64,000 nucleotides of DNA. Source: Hyaloraphidium curvatum SAG 235-1 (lineage: Eukaryota > Fungi > Monoblepharomycota). Shown here in pieces: positions 10,126 through 19,855 of the stretch. The notes under the pieces are model-generated. The model was not told the DNA's origin. It worked only from the letters and a program-made list of their open reading frames with translations, and searched no databases. The position numbers and the translations under genes are program-made. The stretch spans positions 310,001 through 374,000 of the forward strand of contig JAIVFI010000002.1 in assembly GCA_025558095.1 (NCBI GenBank). Direction: 5' to 3'. Numbering within the stretch: the stretch's first letter is position 1; every line of letters starts with the position of its first letter.

Positions 10126-13047
10126 ATGTCCTCCTCGGACGCCAAAGCGCAGTCGTGCGACCACTGCTCGCGGCGGCGCCGGCGCTGCGACCGCGGCACG
10201 CCGTGCTCTCTGTGCCGGTCGCTGGGGCGGCCGTGCACGTATGCCCGGCAGATCCAGAAACGCGGGCCGAAGAAGGGCGCGAAGCGGGCGGCGGAGGCGG
10301 CGGAGACGGAGGCGGGCGACTCGCCGGGCGAGCCGCGGGAGGCGGGTGCGGTGGCGGATGCGGTGCCGCCGGCGCCGTGGCCGGGCGGGCCGGCGTTCCC
10401 GCCGCCGCCGGCGTCGTGGCCGTGGGCGCCCGCGCCGGCCGCCTACTCGTCGTACGCCGCGCACGCGGCCTTCGGGCTCGCCGGCCCGGGATTCGCCGCG
10501 GGCTACGCCGGCGTGCCGCAGGTGCCGCCGCCGCTGACCCGCTGGTCGCCGCACCCGCCGTGGTTCGCCGGCGCGCCGTCGCCTGCGCCGCTCTTCCCGC
10601 TCCGCATGCCGCCGCCGCAGCGCCCCGCGGACCCGCCGGCGAGCCCCGCAAGCGCCGGGTCGGACAACCCCGCGTGGTGGGGCGTCGTCATGGGCCCCGA
10701 CGCGGTCCGCGGCTCGCCTGGATCGGACCTGGCCCTTAAATCGCCCAAGTCCAACCTGACCCTGGCGTCGTCATCCGCCCTGGCCCTGCCGCCGGCCCGC
10801 TCGGCGTCGGCGGGCTCCGACCACTTGGACTTTGCCTCCTTCTCCACCGGATCCTTCGCCGCCGTCGGCGGCATGCCGGCCACAGTGCCTCCGCAGCCCA
10901 CTGGCCCGTTCCAGGTGACCGTACCGCTGCAGGCGTCTGCCCAGACCTCGACCCTGGCCGGCATCCCAACCATGGTGGGCAGCGGCGCTTCGAGCGCTGC
11001 CTCCATGGCCAAGCTGCTGTCGCTCTCGCAACTCAGCACTTCCCCCGTCTCGCCCCTGGCGCCCTCGCTACCTTCGCACCTCACCCTCATGGACGACCTC
11101 CCTCCCCTGCCCGACGCCGGCATCCTGCGCTACCTCGTCGAAGCCTACTTTTCCACCATCGGCGCCTCGCTCCCCATCTTCCACCGCCCGACGTTTTCCG
11201 CTGCTCTGGCACAGCAGCCCCTTTTCTTGGTCTGGATCATGGCCGCCATCGCCATCCCCTTCCTCCCGCACCACCTGTCGTCTTCGCCGCTGTCGCGCCG
11301 GCTGCTGGCCGCCATGCCGGCCGAGGCCCATTCGGCGCTCAGGCCGCCCGCGAGGAGGGCGCTGCAGACTAACCTGGTCGAGCGCTCGAGGAGGGTTCTT
11401 CTGCGGATCGCCGAGGCGACGCCCGTGGGCGGTGGCGCCGAGGTCGGCCCCGCGTTCAGGCTCGCCAAGATGGCGGGGCTCGTTTTGCTTGGCATGGCGT
11501 CGGCCTTCAGGTTCTACAAGGGCGCGGTGGAGTTCACTGATGCCGTTACCGTAAGTTGATGGAGCGCACAATCCGAGTTGCTACGGGCGCTGATTGCTCG
11601 ATTCCAGCGCCTGGCGATCGACGAGGCCCGGGCACTGGGCCTCAATCTCGCCCCGCCCAACGGCACCGCGCCCCGCCCCGAGGGTCACTGGATCGCCGAC
11701 GAGACCGCCCGCAGGCTTTGGTACACCATGTACCTCTCGGACCAGGTGGCCTCGCTGGGCCTGAACCGTCCCGCCGCCATCGGACCCGAGGAGTGCCTGG
11801 CCCCCGCGCCGCGGTCGGACGCGGCGTACGAGACCGAAAGCACCGCGGAACCGGGCGAGGTGCCCATGCCCGCGGAGCTGGTATTCGACACGCCCGATGG
11901 GCCGCCCGTCCGCGCGGACGGCCTGCTGGAGTCGGAGTGGGCGCTCTCGCTGGCCACGACGTCGGCCGTGGCGAGTGTGGTGGACTGGCAGCGCCGGATG
12001 CGGGCTAGGAACCTCGAGTTCTTCCTGCCGCGGCTCGGCAGCAGCGATCCGGCGTGGAAAGATGCCTTTGCCCGGTTCCGAGGGCTGGCTGCGATGCTGG
12101 AGCGGCTTTACTGGAAGCTTCCCGCGTGGCTGCGCGAGCTGGACGCCGACCCCGCCGGCTTCCTCGCCGATCCGCCCGCGGAGGTCGCATCGGCGGATCC
12201 GGCTGCGGTCGCACGCGCGGTCTACTCTTTGACCATGCTCCATGCTGCGCAGTGCTGCTTGCACTCGCCCCCGGCCCCAGCGAGCGAGCACCGTGAGACC
12301 CAGGCTTGGATGGCGCACGGCCGCCCCGATCCCGCCTTTTTCGAGACCGGCGACGTGCCCGAGCTGGCCATGGTCCCGGCGACGGCCTCTGCTCGGCGGG
12401 CGGGCCGCGCAGCGTTCGCCGGCTTCCCCGTTGAGGACGATCCCGCCGACCCTTCCGGCTTCCTCACCTCCCCGGCCGCCCTGTGCTTCTTCCACCAACG
12501 CCGCCGCGCCGCCCTGGCCCGCGGCGCGCTGCTCCCCCTGGACCCGGACGTCATCATCCGCAACGGCCTGCAGGCCATCATGGGCCTGCAGCTCTTCATG
12601 CTCCGCCTTCTCCTCCGCGGCATGTACATCGAGCGCGCCATCGGCATCCTCGCCGACGCCTTCATTCGGGAGCGCCCCGGCGGCGCGCTTGGCGACGCCG
12701 AGGCCGCGGAGCTCGTCCGCCGCGCGCGGGAGGAGGGCGAGCGCGAGGCCTGGGCGGACCTCGAGGCGCACGTGGCCGAGTCGGAGCCGGGGGCGATGCA
12801 GCACCGCGCGGGGGCGGCGGGGCTGCAAATGGCGAGGATGATCATGGAGACCGCCAGGAGGCATCCGCCGGGGGAGGGGTCCTTCGCGGGGCTGAGGTAC
12901 TCGACGTTCGGGGCGCTGGGGGGTGAGCTGAGGGAGCTGGTGATGCGGGCGCTGCTCAACGGGCCGGACAGGGCGGAGCCCGGGGTCGAGGGCCAGGAGG
13001 CGGTGGACGAGGCGGCCGGGGCGTTGGTGGCACAGGCGGTGCTGTAG
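10126..13047 (+). CDS. Fungal Zn(II)2Cys6 transcription factor with middle homology region
   Basis: CDHCSRRRRRCDRGTPCSLCRSLGRPC cluster; LVEAYF...LPIFHRPTF and ETARRLWYTMYLSD motifs. An in-frame 57-nt intron (11551-11607, GTAAGT..CAG) joins the two ORFs. Confidence 0.92.
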
Positions 13048-13362
13048 CCTTGCAGAGGAGTGCTACTTGGTTCAAGGAATAGACCTGCGCTTCCTGCCAC
13101 TCGTTCCGAGGTGCTCCAGGGCCCTTTAGCTTGTAATCGCATGGTCTGGTATTTAGCTTGTCCGAACAGCGCTTCACACGGGCACCAATTCGTGAAACCG
13201 TGGAGCCTGGAGCGACGCACGGAATCGAAGGCCTGCCCATGTACTGGGGTGGGGGACGGGCTGCGTGGCGCGGGGCTGCCGCTCGCGGGGCCGGCCGTTG
13301 GCGTTTCACAATTTCTGCAAGGAGCCGCAGGCCGACGAGCGAGTGGCGGCGCTCCGCTGGCC

Positions 13363-14366
13363 CTATTGTTCAATGCCGTCCGGCGGGATCAGCAGCTCAT
13401 CCAGCACGTAATCCCACGGGAATGCCTGCAGCAGCTCCCACTGATCCGGCATGCCCGCCACGGGCGGCCCCCGGCCCCCCATCCGCACCGCCTCCCCCAG
13501 GTCCCGTGCCGCAGCCTCGCCCTCCCTCCCCGTGCTCGCGTAGTAGTCCGCGTACTTGTCCCCTTCGACCACGACCTCCTTGTACTTCACAAACCGAACC
13601 GGGATCCCCAGTATTCGGCGATCACGATCCCGTGCAGCGATGCCGACGCCACTGCCCCGCACCCAGCAATGTCCAGCACAACGTCCCGCCACGGCCTTCG
13701 CGGGTCAACGAACCGCACCGACGCGTTATTGGCCCGCTCCTGCAACAGCTGCACTTCACCCAGCATCAGGTCCGCGGTCCACCCTCCATGCGGCACCGCG
13801 CACCACCCCTCTCTCCTGTTCCCCCGCAAGCCCGGATCCAGCAGCGGCAGCAGCACCGCTGGATCCCCGTATACCGCCGGCTCTGTCCTGTTGCACGTCT
13901 CCCTGAGCCATTTCCTCGTCAGCGGACCCCGCACAGCAAACACCTTTGCCCCCGCCGGGGGGCACTGCGATGGCCTCGGGTCGACAAACGCCCCCGCGCC
14001 CCACACCGCATCCCCGCTTTTCACGCGGGAAAAAACCGTCCCGACCGCCCACAGGCACTTTTCCCGGTGCGCCGGGTGCGAAACGTCCGTGGCGGCGGCG
14101 TCGACCACGCGCACCCCGGGCGCCAGCCGCGCGAGCAGCAGCGAGACGACGGCCGGGCCCAGTTCGTCGCCGAAATTCCTCCCTTGCCACGGCGGGCTGG
14201 ACGGCGGGAGCCAGCGGCACACGCGCAGGTTGCCCCGCGCCGCCCCGGCGCGTCTTAGGGAGGGCGGGAGGGCGAATGAGGGGCCCCGGGCGGGCAACCG
14301 GGCGGAGAGAAAGAGGAATAACGCGGGTAGGAGGAGGAAGAGCGCCCGGGGGGCGATTCGGGGCAT
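13363..14366 (-). CDS. Polysaccharide pyruvyl transferase (ExoV-like), type II membrane; 1-nt frameshift near 13612
   Basis: NFGDELG, VWGAG, AVRGPLT, VYGDPAVLLP and SASLHGIVIAE, continuing in another frame as LGIP..KYADYYASTGR. Confidence 0.8.
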
Positions 14367-14498
14367 GGTTGAGCGGGCGGGATTCCCGCATGTCGCCGAC
14401 TGCCCAAAGGAAACAACGCGCCCCAAAGCGAACAGTGCCGCGTTGCTCGAGGTCAACGCAAATACCTCCTGAGCTGCGTACTGGCGATAGACTCGCCC

Positions 14499-15590
14499 TC
14501 ACCGCTCCGTTGTGTCGTTCCCGCCGTCCAGGGCAGCTAGCAATAATGAGCGGACCGCCCTGCTGATCCGCTCCACCGCCCTGCTCCGCACCTTTCCCCT
14601 TTCCGTCTCACTCATCGCGTCGATTGCATCCAGCAGGGCGCTTGCCGGCTCGAATTTGCGCGCGAACAGCGCCCCCGACGCCAACGCCCGATCCAGCTGC
14701 TCCCTCGTCCGAAGCCACTTGACGTGCGACTCGCCCTCGACCGGCTGGTCGTACCTCAAGCAATCCCCCGCCACGCTCCCCGCCATCTCCCTTCCCTCTT
14801 CCGTCCAGGAAAAGAACATCTGCCACACGCTTTCCTCCGCCGCCTCGACGCTCCCGAGCGCCGCCAGCACCCTCCTCATGCCGGCGCTCCGCAGCGCCGC
14901 CTCGCACGCCACGCGCGAGAGCACCACCCATGTCGGCCCGTGCGGCAGAGGCCTATCCGGCTGCACCCAGGACCACGTGGCTCCTTGTTTCGCCAATGTC
15001 CGGTCGTGGCCCCATAGCGCCGGGTCCAGCGCCGGGCGGCGCCACCGCTCCGTCCCTCTGCCCCAGTGCGCTACGAAGCTCAAATGCTGACCAGCCTGCC
15101 GATTCGCGGCTTCCAGCACGTCCTGCAGCTCCCCAGGTGGCAGGAGGGGGTAGTCCGACCCCGACAAGTTGATGAATGACGCCCACCGCCCTCCCGGCAG
15201 GGCAAGCAGCTCCTCCACCGCGTCCAGGGTGTTTAGCGCGAGCGTGATGCCCGCGTAGGTGAGCTTCCGCGGCCGCATCACCCGCACGTTGTCCCTGTAC
15301 GGCGGCCGCGCGACCAGGTCCCGCAGCCGCTCCGCCTCGGGCGAGTCCGCCCACCGCGCGTCCACGTGCACCGCGAACGCGTTGTCGGGGTGCCATAGCG
15401 CTTTCAGCAGCCTTCCTGCGCCGGGAAGCGTGGCGTTGGTGAGCTGCAGCAGGAAGGCGAGCCCGCGAATGCGCGCCGGCGGTGGTCTGGCGGGCGGCGC
15501 AGCGGGGGACAGCAACAAGAGCGGCGCGGCGGAGAGGACGGCGAGGGAGCACAGCAGGACGAGAGGCTTGAGGGCGCCGCGGAGGCGCAT
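14499..15590 (-). CDS. GT14 (core-2/I-branching/xylosyltransferase-like) glycosyltransferase
   Basis: Signal anchor, LAFLL..RLLKALWHPDNAFAVHVDA, FINLSGSDYPL, GPTWVVLSR, LFARKF. Confidence 0.9.
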   Translation of the reverse strand: MRLRGALKPLVLLCSLAVLSAAPLLLLSPAAPPARPPPARIRGLAFLLQLTNATLPGAGRLLKALWHPDNAFAVHVDARWADSPEAERLRDLVARPPYRDNVRVMRPRKLTYAGITLALNTLDAVEELLALPGGRWASFINLSGSDYPLLPPGELQDVLEAANRQAGQHLSFVAHWGRGTERWRRPALDPALWGHDRTLAKQGATWSWVQPDRPLPHGPTWVVLSRVACEAALRSAGMRRVLAALGSVEAAEESVWQMFFSWTEEGREMAGSVAGDCLRYDQPVEGESHVKWLRTREQLDRALASGALFARKFEPASALLDAIDAMSETERGKVRSRAVERISRAVRSLLLAALDGGNDTTER

Positions 15591-15728
15591 CGGTTCCGCG
15601 GGTTGCGTACTGGCTGATCCTGTGCCCCGGCCCTGGCCTCGGCCCGAAGCCGCGTTTGGCCTTGGTTTTTGTTGGTTTGGCCGCGTCCCCCCAACCAAGG
15701 GTACGACGCGTTCCATGGATTGCGACCA

Positions 15729-17438
15729 ATGGCGCGAGCCCGGGCGCTGCCCGTGCTTCTTGCAGCAGCGTCAGCGGCAGCGGCAGCATTGCTTGCGGCG
15801 GCGGCCGCGTGGCTGCACGATTCCGAGCGCGGCGTCCGCGCTCCCGGCCCCGCGGCCGCTGCGCACCCCACCGCGGCCACCGCTGCCTGGGCGCACGGGC
15901 CGCTCCCGGACGACCTCTCCGCCGCCGACGTGGCCTCCGCACTCCCCCCGACTGCGGTGGACCTGGCCTTCTGCGCGATCGTGCGCAACGAGGACGACGC
16001 GCTGGAAGAGTGGCTCTCGTACCACCTGGCCCACGGCGCGGGCCTCTTCCACCTGTACCACCTCGACGACCACGACGCCAGAAACCGGTGGCGCGACGTC
16101 CTCTGGCCCTTCGTCGCCCGTGGGGTCGTCAGGATGCACGCCCAGCGGGTGCGATACGCGGGCCAGTTGGCTAACCGGCAGTCGGCGTCGCTGAAGGCGT
16201 GCCTCAGAGAGCTCGCCGGTCGCGCGCGCTGGATCGCCTTTTTGGACGTGGACGAGTTCCTGGTGCCCCCGCCCGGCCGCACCGTCCTCGAAGAACTCGC
16301 TCGGTTCGACGACAAACCAGGCCTCTTTCTCCCCTGGCGCATTCTCGGCCCAGGCCCGAACTCGTCCGAGCCCGACGTCGAACACCTACCTCTGCACCGC
16401 GTGCTTAACGCCGCAGACGACTCGGGCACGAACATGCTCAACCTCCTGGGCAAGGGCAAGCTCCTCCTCCGCGCAGCGCACCCGGGCGCCGCGAGGGCCT
16501 GCGAGCACTTCATGAACTTGAAACCGGGCCACTCTGCTTCCCTGACGATAAACTATGTGCACAACTGCCTTGCGTGGTCAGGCATGCTCCCGGTCGACCC
16601 GCAAGGCCGCGAGGCCGGCGATCCCCTCATGGCCCCCATCCCGATCCGCAAAACTGGACTCAAATTGTTCCACTACTTTGCCCGCTCCTGCGCCGACTTC
16701 GAAGCCAGGCGCCCAACCCGCTTAAGCTACTACCGCACCCTGCACGGCACGGACCCCGAACCCGGCGGTTGGTTCCGTGGGCGCACGGGGGACCGATTGG
16801 GCAACACGACCGCCGAACGATGCGCGGCACTGCGGCGGCATTTCTCCGAGGAGGAGCGTGGTGCTCTCGCGCACCTGGGTCTGCTGGCACAGGAACGGGC
16901 GCGGGTGAGCTCGGCGCCGGTGCCTCCACTCCTGCCGCGGGCAGAGTGCGGTCGGTGCGATCCCAAGGCTACGTGCGTGGACCTGCTGGGGACGGCCGAG
17001 TGCGTTTGCGAAGCGCGCTACGAGGGCAACGGGCGGTTCTGCGGGGATATGGTGTGGGCGGGCAACGTGCTGCCCAAGATAGGGCACTGGGAAAAGGAAT
17101 CGGCAAGGGGCCCCGAGGGGACGCTTCACGTGCCATCGGGGGAAGGCTGGAACGGGACGGTGGTTCTAGATTTCGGGGAGGCGCGTTTGGCGAGGGCGGT
17201 AAGGCTGTACTTGCAGGACGGGGCATGCGGGGTGACGGATGTTGCGGTCAGAGGGCTCAGTTTGCGGGAGTGGGAAGAGCTGGCCGTGCCCGGTGCTGAC
17301 AGGGGGAAGGTGTGCGTGCCCAATGGGGAGATCGAGGTCGAAGTGCGGCTGCTGGCGCCAGCCGCGGTTGCGCGGGTGCGGGTCGGCGTGCGGCAAGGCA
17401 GCGTGCTGGCTGCGGCGGGGCTCCTGGTCGAGGCGTGA
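15729..17438 (+). CDS. GT92/GT2-like glycosyltransferase with EGF-like and C-terminal beta-sandwich domains
   Basis: CAIVRNEDDALEEWLSYH, WIAFLDVDEFL, LFHYFARS; EGF-like CGRCDPKATCVDLLGTAECVCEARYEGNGRFC. Confidence 0.85.
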   Translation: MARARALPVLLAAASAAAAALLAAAAAWLHDSERGVRAPGPAAAAHPTAATAAWAHGPLPDDLSAADVASALPPTAVDLAFCAIVRNEDDALEEWLSYHLAHGAGLFHLYHLDDHDARNRWRDVLWPFVARGVVRMHAQRVRYAGQLANRQSASLKACLRELAGRARWIAFLDVDEFLVPPPGRTVLEELARFDDKPGLFLPWRILGPGPNSSEPDVEHLPLHRVLNAADDSGTNMLNLLGKGKLLLRAAHPGAARACEHFMNLKPGHSASLTINYVHNCLAWSGMLPVDPQGREAGDPLMAPIPIRKTGLKLFHYFARSCADFEARRPTRLSYYRTLHGTDPEPGGWFRGRTGDRLGNTTAERCAALRRHFSEEERGALAHLGLLAQERARVSSAPVPPLLPRAECGRCDPKATCVDLLGTAECVCEARYEGNGRFCGDMVWAGNVLPKIGHWEKESARGPEGTLHVPSGEGWNGTVVLDFGEARLARAVRLYLQDGACGVTDVAVRGLSLREWEELAVPGADRGKVCVPNGEIEVEVRLLAPAAVARVRVGVRQGSVLAAAGLLVEA

Positions 17439-17886
17439 TTGTACGGAGTCAGCGTAGCGACGGACGCCTCCTTGGCATAATGACGTCCGCTGCCAAAGAA
17501 GGCGGATCGACGAAATGGATGGATCATGATCTGATTGATGCGCCGATACTGGCCCACATAGCGCCCCTTGACATCAGTCGCTTACCGGCCCTCCATGGCC
17601 TCCACCTGACCTTCCGCTACCAGCTCTTCCCCCACAATAAATCCCTCCCTTCCATGCCACTTCCGCAGGCCCCCCACCACCGTCTCCATAACCCTTTTGA
17701 CCTCGCCCTCCGAGAATACACACAAGGAGCAAACAACGAGCATAATTGCGCAAAAGATTGACGGCCAAATCGGCGATCTCGACAACACTGGGAATGGGAT
17801 GCTGACGCGGATGCAGAGGGGTGATCTGTTGACGGCTCATGATGACCATCGTACCCACGAAAAAGATCCTATTTCGAAAGGCAGAT

Positions 17887-18401
17887 CCGTGGCGCCTGGA
17901 GCGACGCACGGAATCGAAGGCCTGCCCATGTACTGGGGTGGGGGACGGGCTGCGTGTCGCAGAGTCTGCCGCTCGCGGGGCCGCGCCTTTGGCGTTCGGG
18001 TCGTACAATTTCTGCAAGGAGCCGCAGGCCGACGAGCGAGTGGCGGCGCTCCGCTGGCCCTATTGTTGAATGCCCTCCGGCGGGATCAGCAGCTCATCCA
18101 GCACATAATCGCACGGGAATGGCCGCAGCAGCTCCCACTGATCCGGCATGGCCGCCACGGGCGGCTCCCGGCCCCCCATCTGCACCGCCTCCCCAAGATC
18201 CCGTGCCGCTGCCTCGCCCTCCCTCCCCGTGCTCGCGTAGTAGTCCGCGTACTTGTCCCCTTCGACCGCAACCTCCTTGTACTTCACAAACCGAACCGGG
18301 ATCCCCAGTGGATTCGGCGATCACGATCCCGTGCAGCGATGCCGACGCCACTGCCCCGCACCCTGCAATGTCCAGCACAACGTCCCGCCACGGCCTTCGC
18401 G
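17887..18401 (-). pseudogene. Direct duplicate of 13198-13702 (3' part of the pyruvyl transferase and its 3' flank)
   Basis: Near-identical sequence from ccgtgg(a/c)gcctggagcgacgcacggaatcgaagg to cacggccttcgcg. The 5' two-thirds of the gene is missing. Confidence 0.9.
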
Positions 18402-18578
18402 AAGGGAATGTGGCGTTCATCAGCCCCGCGGAGGGACAATCGGCAGACCGGGCGGAGCGGGGGCCAAAGGAGAGGAAACGGAGCCGCAGGGGCGGTCATT
18501 TGGAGGAGATTTGGAGGCACGGTCGCTAGCGAAGATCATGCATTTCCCCTGATATGACGGATCTAAAAAGACGGGGGA

Positions 18579-19811
18579 GCGCCATGCACTTCGAGTATCG
18601 ACCGTCTAGTGATATCCGTATCTGTACAAAAAGGATATCATCCCGCGCCGGCCGGTGGCACGTAGCCTCGCTTCCGGCCGCGAATACATAAAATAGATAG
18701 GCGTTGACGCATGTTGCACATGAAGGTAGCACGGAGTCCGTCCAGGTCTTCGTCATCGGGGTACTTGGTGTATGCGATCTTCTTCATGAGGCGTTCGGCA
18801 TCATCGTGGAATGCACAGTACGATTCCATGGCGAACGGTACGAGGCGGCGTGGTCCATTCAAAGGCAATACCCACCGGGCCTTGTAGAAGTCTACCTTAG
18901 CCTTGACGGCTTGATCGGCGGCAAAGAGACGCTCCGAGCGGCATCGGGGTTCGGCGGTTCCGTTGGGATGCGTGACAGTGACGTCGACCACGATAGTTTC
19001 GTTCGTGAGCTCGTTGCGGACCAGGAGATCGCCACCGTTTTGCTCCGGGTCCTGCGAAGCTCCAGCGCGCCCGGACGCATGCGGTGTTGCAGGCGGGGCG
19101 TTCGGGACGCGCTGGATCCCTGCCGCGGCGAGGTTTGGCTCCGAGTCCACGATGAGCGGGCCGCGTGGTTGGCTTTCGATGATCGTCTTGAGACCGTCGC
19201 GCAGCAGGTTGTGGCGGCGGGGGGCTCCTTCTCGACTGCAGCGGCCACTGCTGCACGACTGGGCATGGGCGACGGCATGCTGCCCGACCTCGAGGTTGCA
19301 TGCGCTGCACGTGCCGTCTGGTGCGGTTCCTGGGGGCGGTAGGCCAAGGAGGTGGGCCGAGCCGACGCGATACTGTGTGTCGTGGCAATGCAGGGTTCGG
19401 ATGCCGGGCGAGGCGCCGAGGAAGGCCGTGGCGTGGTTGGATCGGGCCGACTGGAGCGCCGTTTGGTACTGCAGGTCGCCGGCCGCACCTGCCGCGGCAA
19501 CGAGGGCGTCGGATTCGCGCTGTTGGAGGATGTTGCACAGCTCGTGTTGGAGCTTCCGGGGTGGGAAGTCGCGGGCCGCCGCGTCCGAGGCTTTCCCTCC
19601 TGAGCTGAAGTGCTTCTCCATACGCTGGGCAAGGGCGCAAAAAGAGCGGTCGGCGGGGATCTTGTCCATGATCGAGCCCAGGCCGAGGGCGGGCTGCTTC
19701 AGGTAGAGGATGGTCTCCAGCAGTTCCGGGCAACACTCATCCAGGTCAAGATCCACATCGACGTCGTGGAGGGGGACGACGCGGCATACAAGGTGTGCGC
19801 CATGCACTTCG
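18579..19811 (-). mobile_element. 5'-truncated non-LTR retrotransposon, restriction-like endonuclease (CRE/SLACS-like) type, with 15-bp TSD
   Basis: ORF 18638-19807 has CSAC..HAQSC knuckle, RHN, D..VDVTVTHP, KxxxY and PFAMES motifs. GCGCCATGCACTTCG occurs at both 18579-18593 and 19797-19811. Confidence 0.88.
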
Positions 19812-19855
19812 GCCCGAGAGGACTCTTGAGGGATCAGCTATGTCCATGAACTGCG

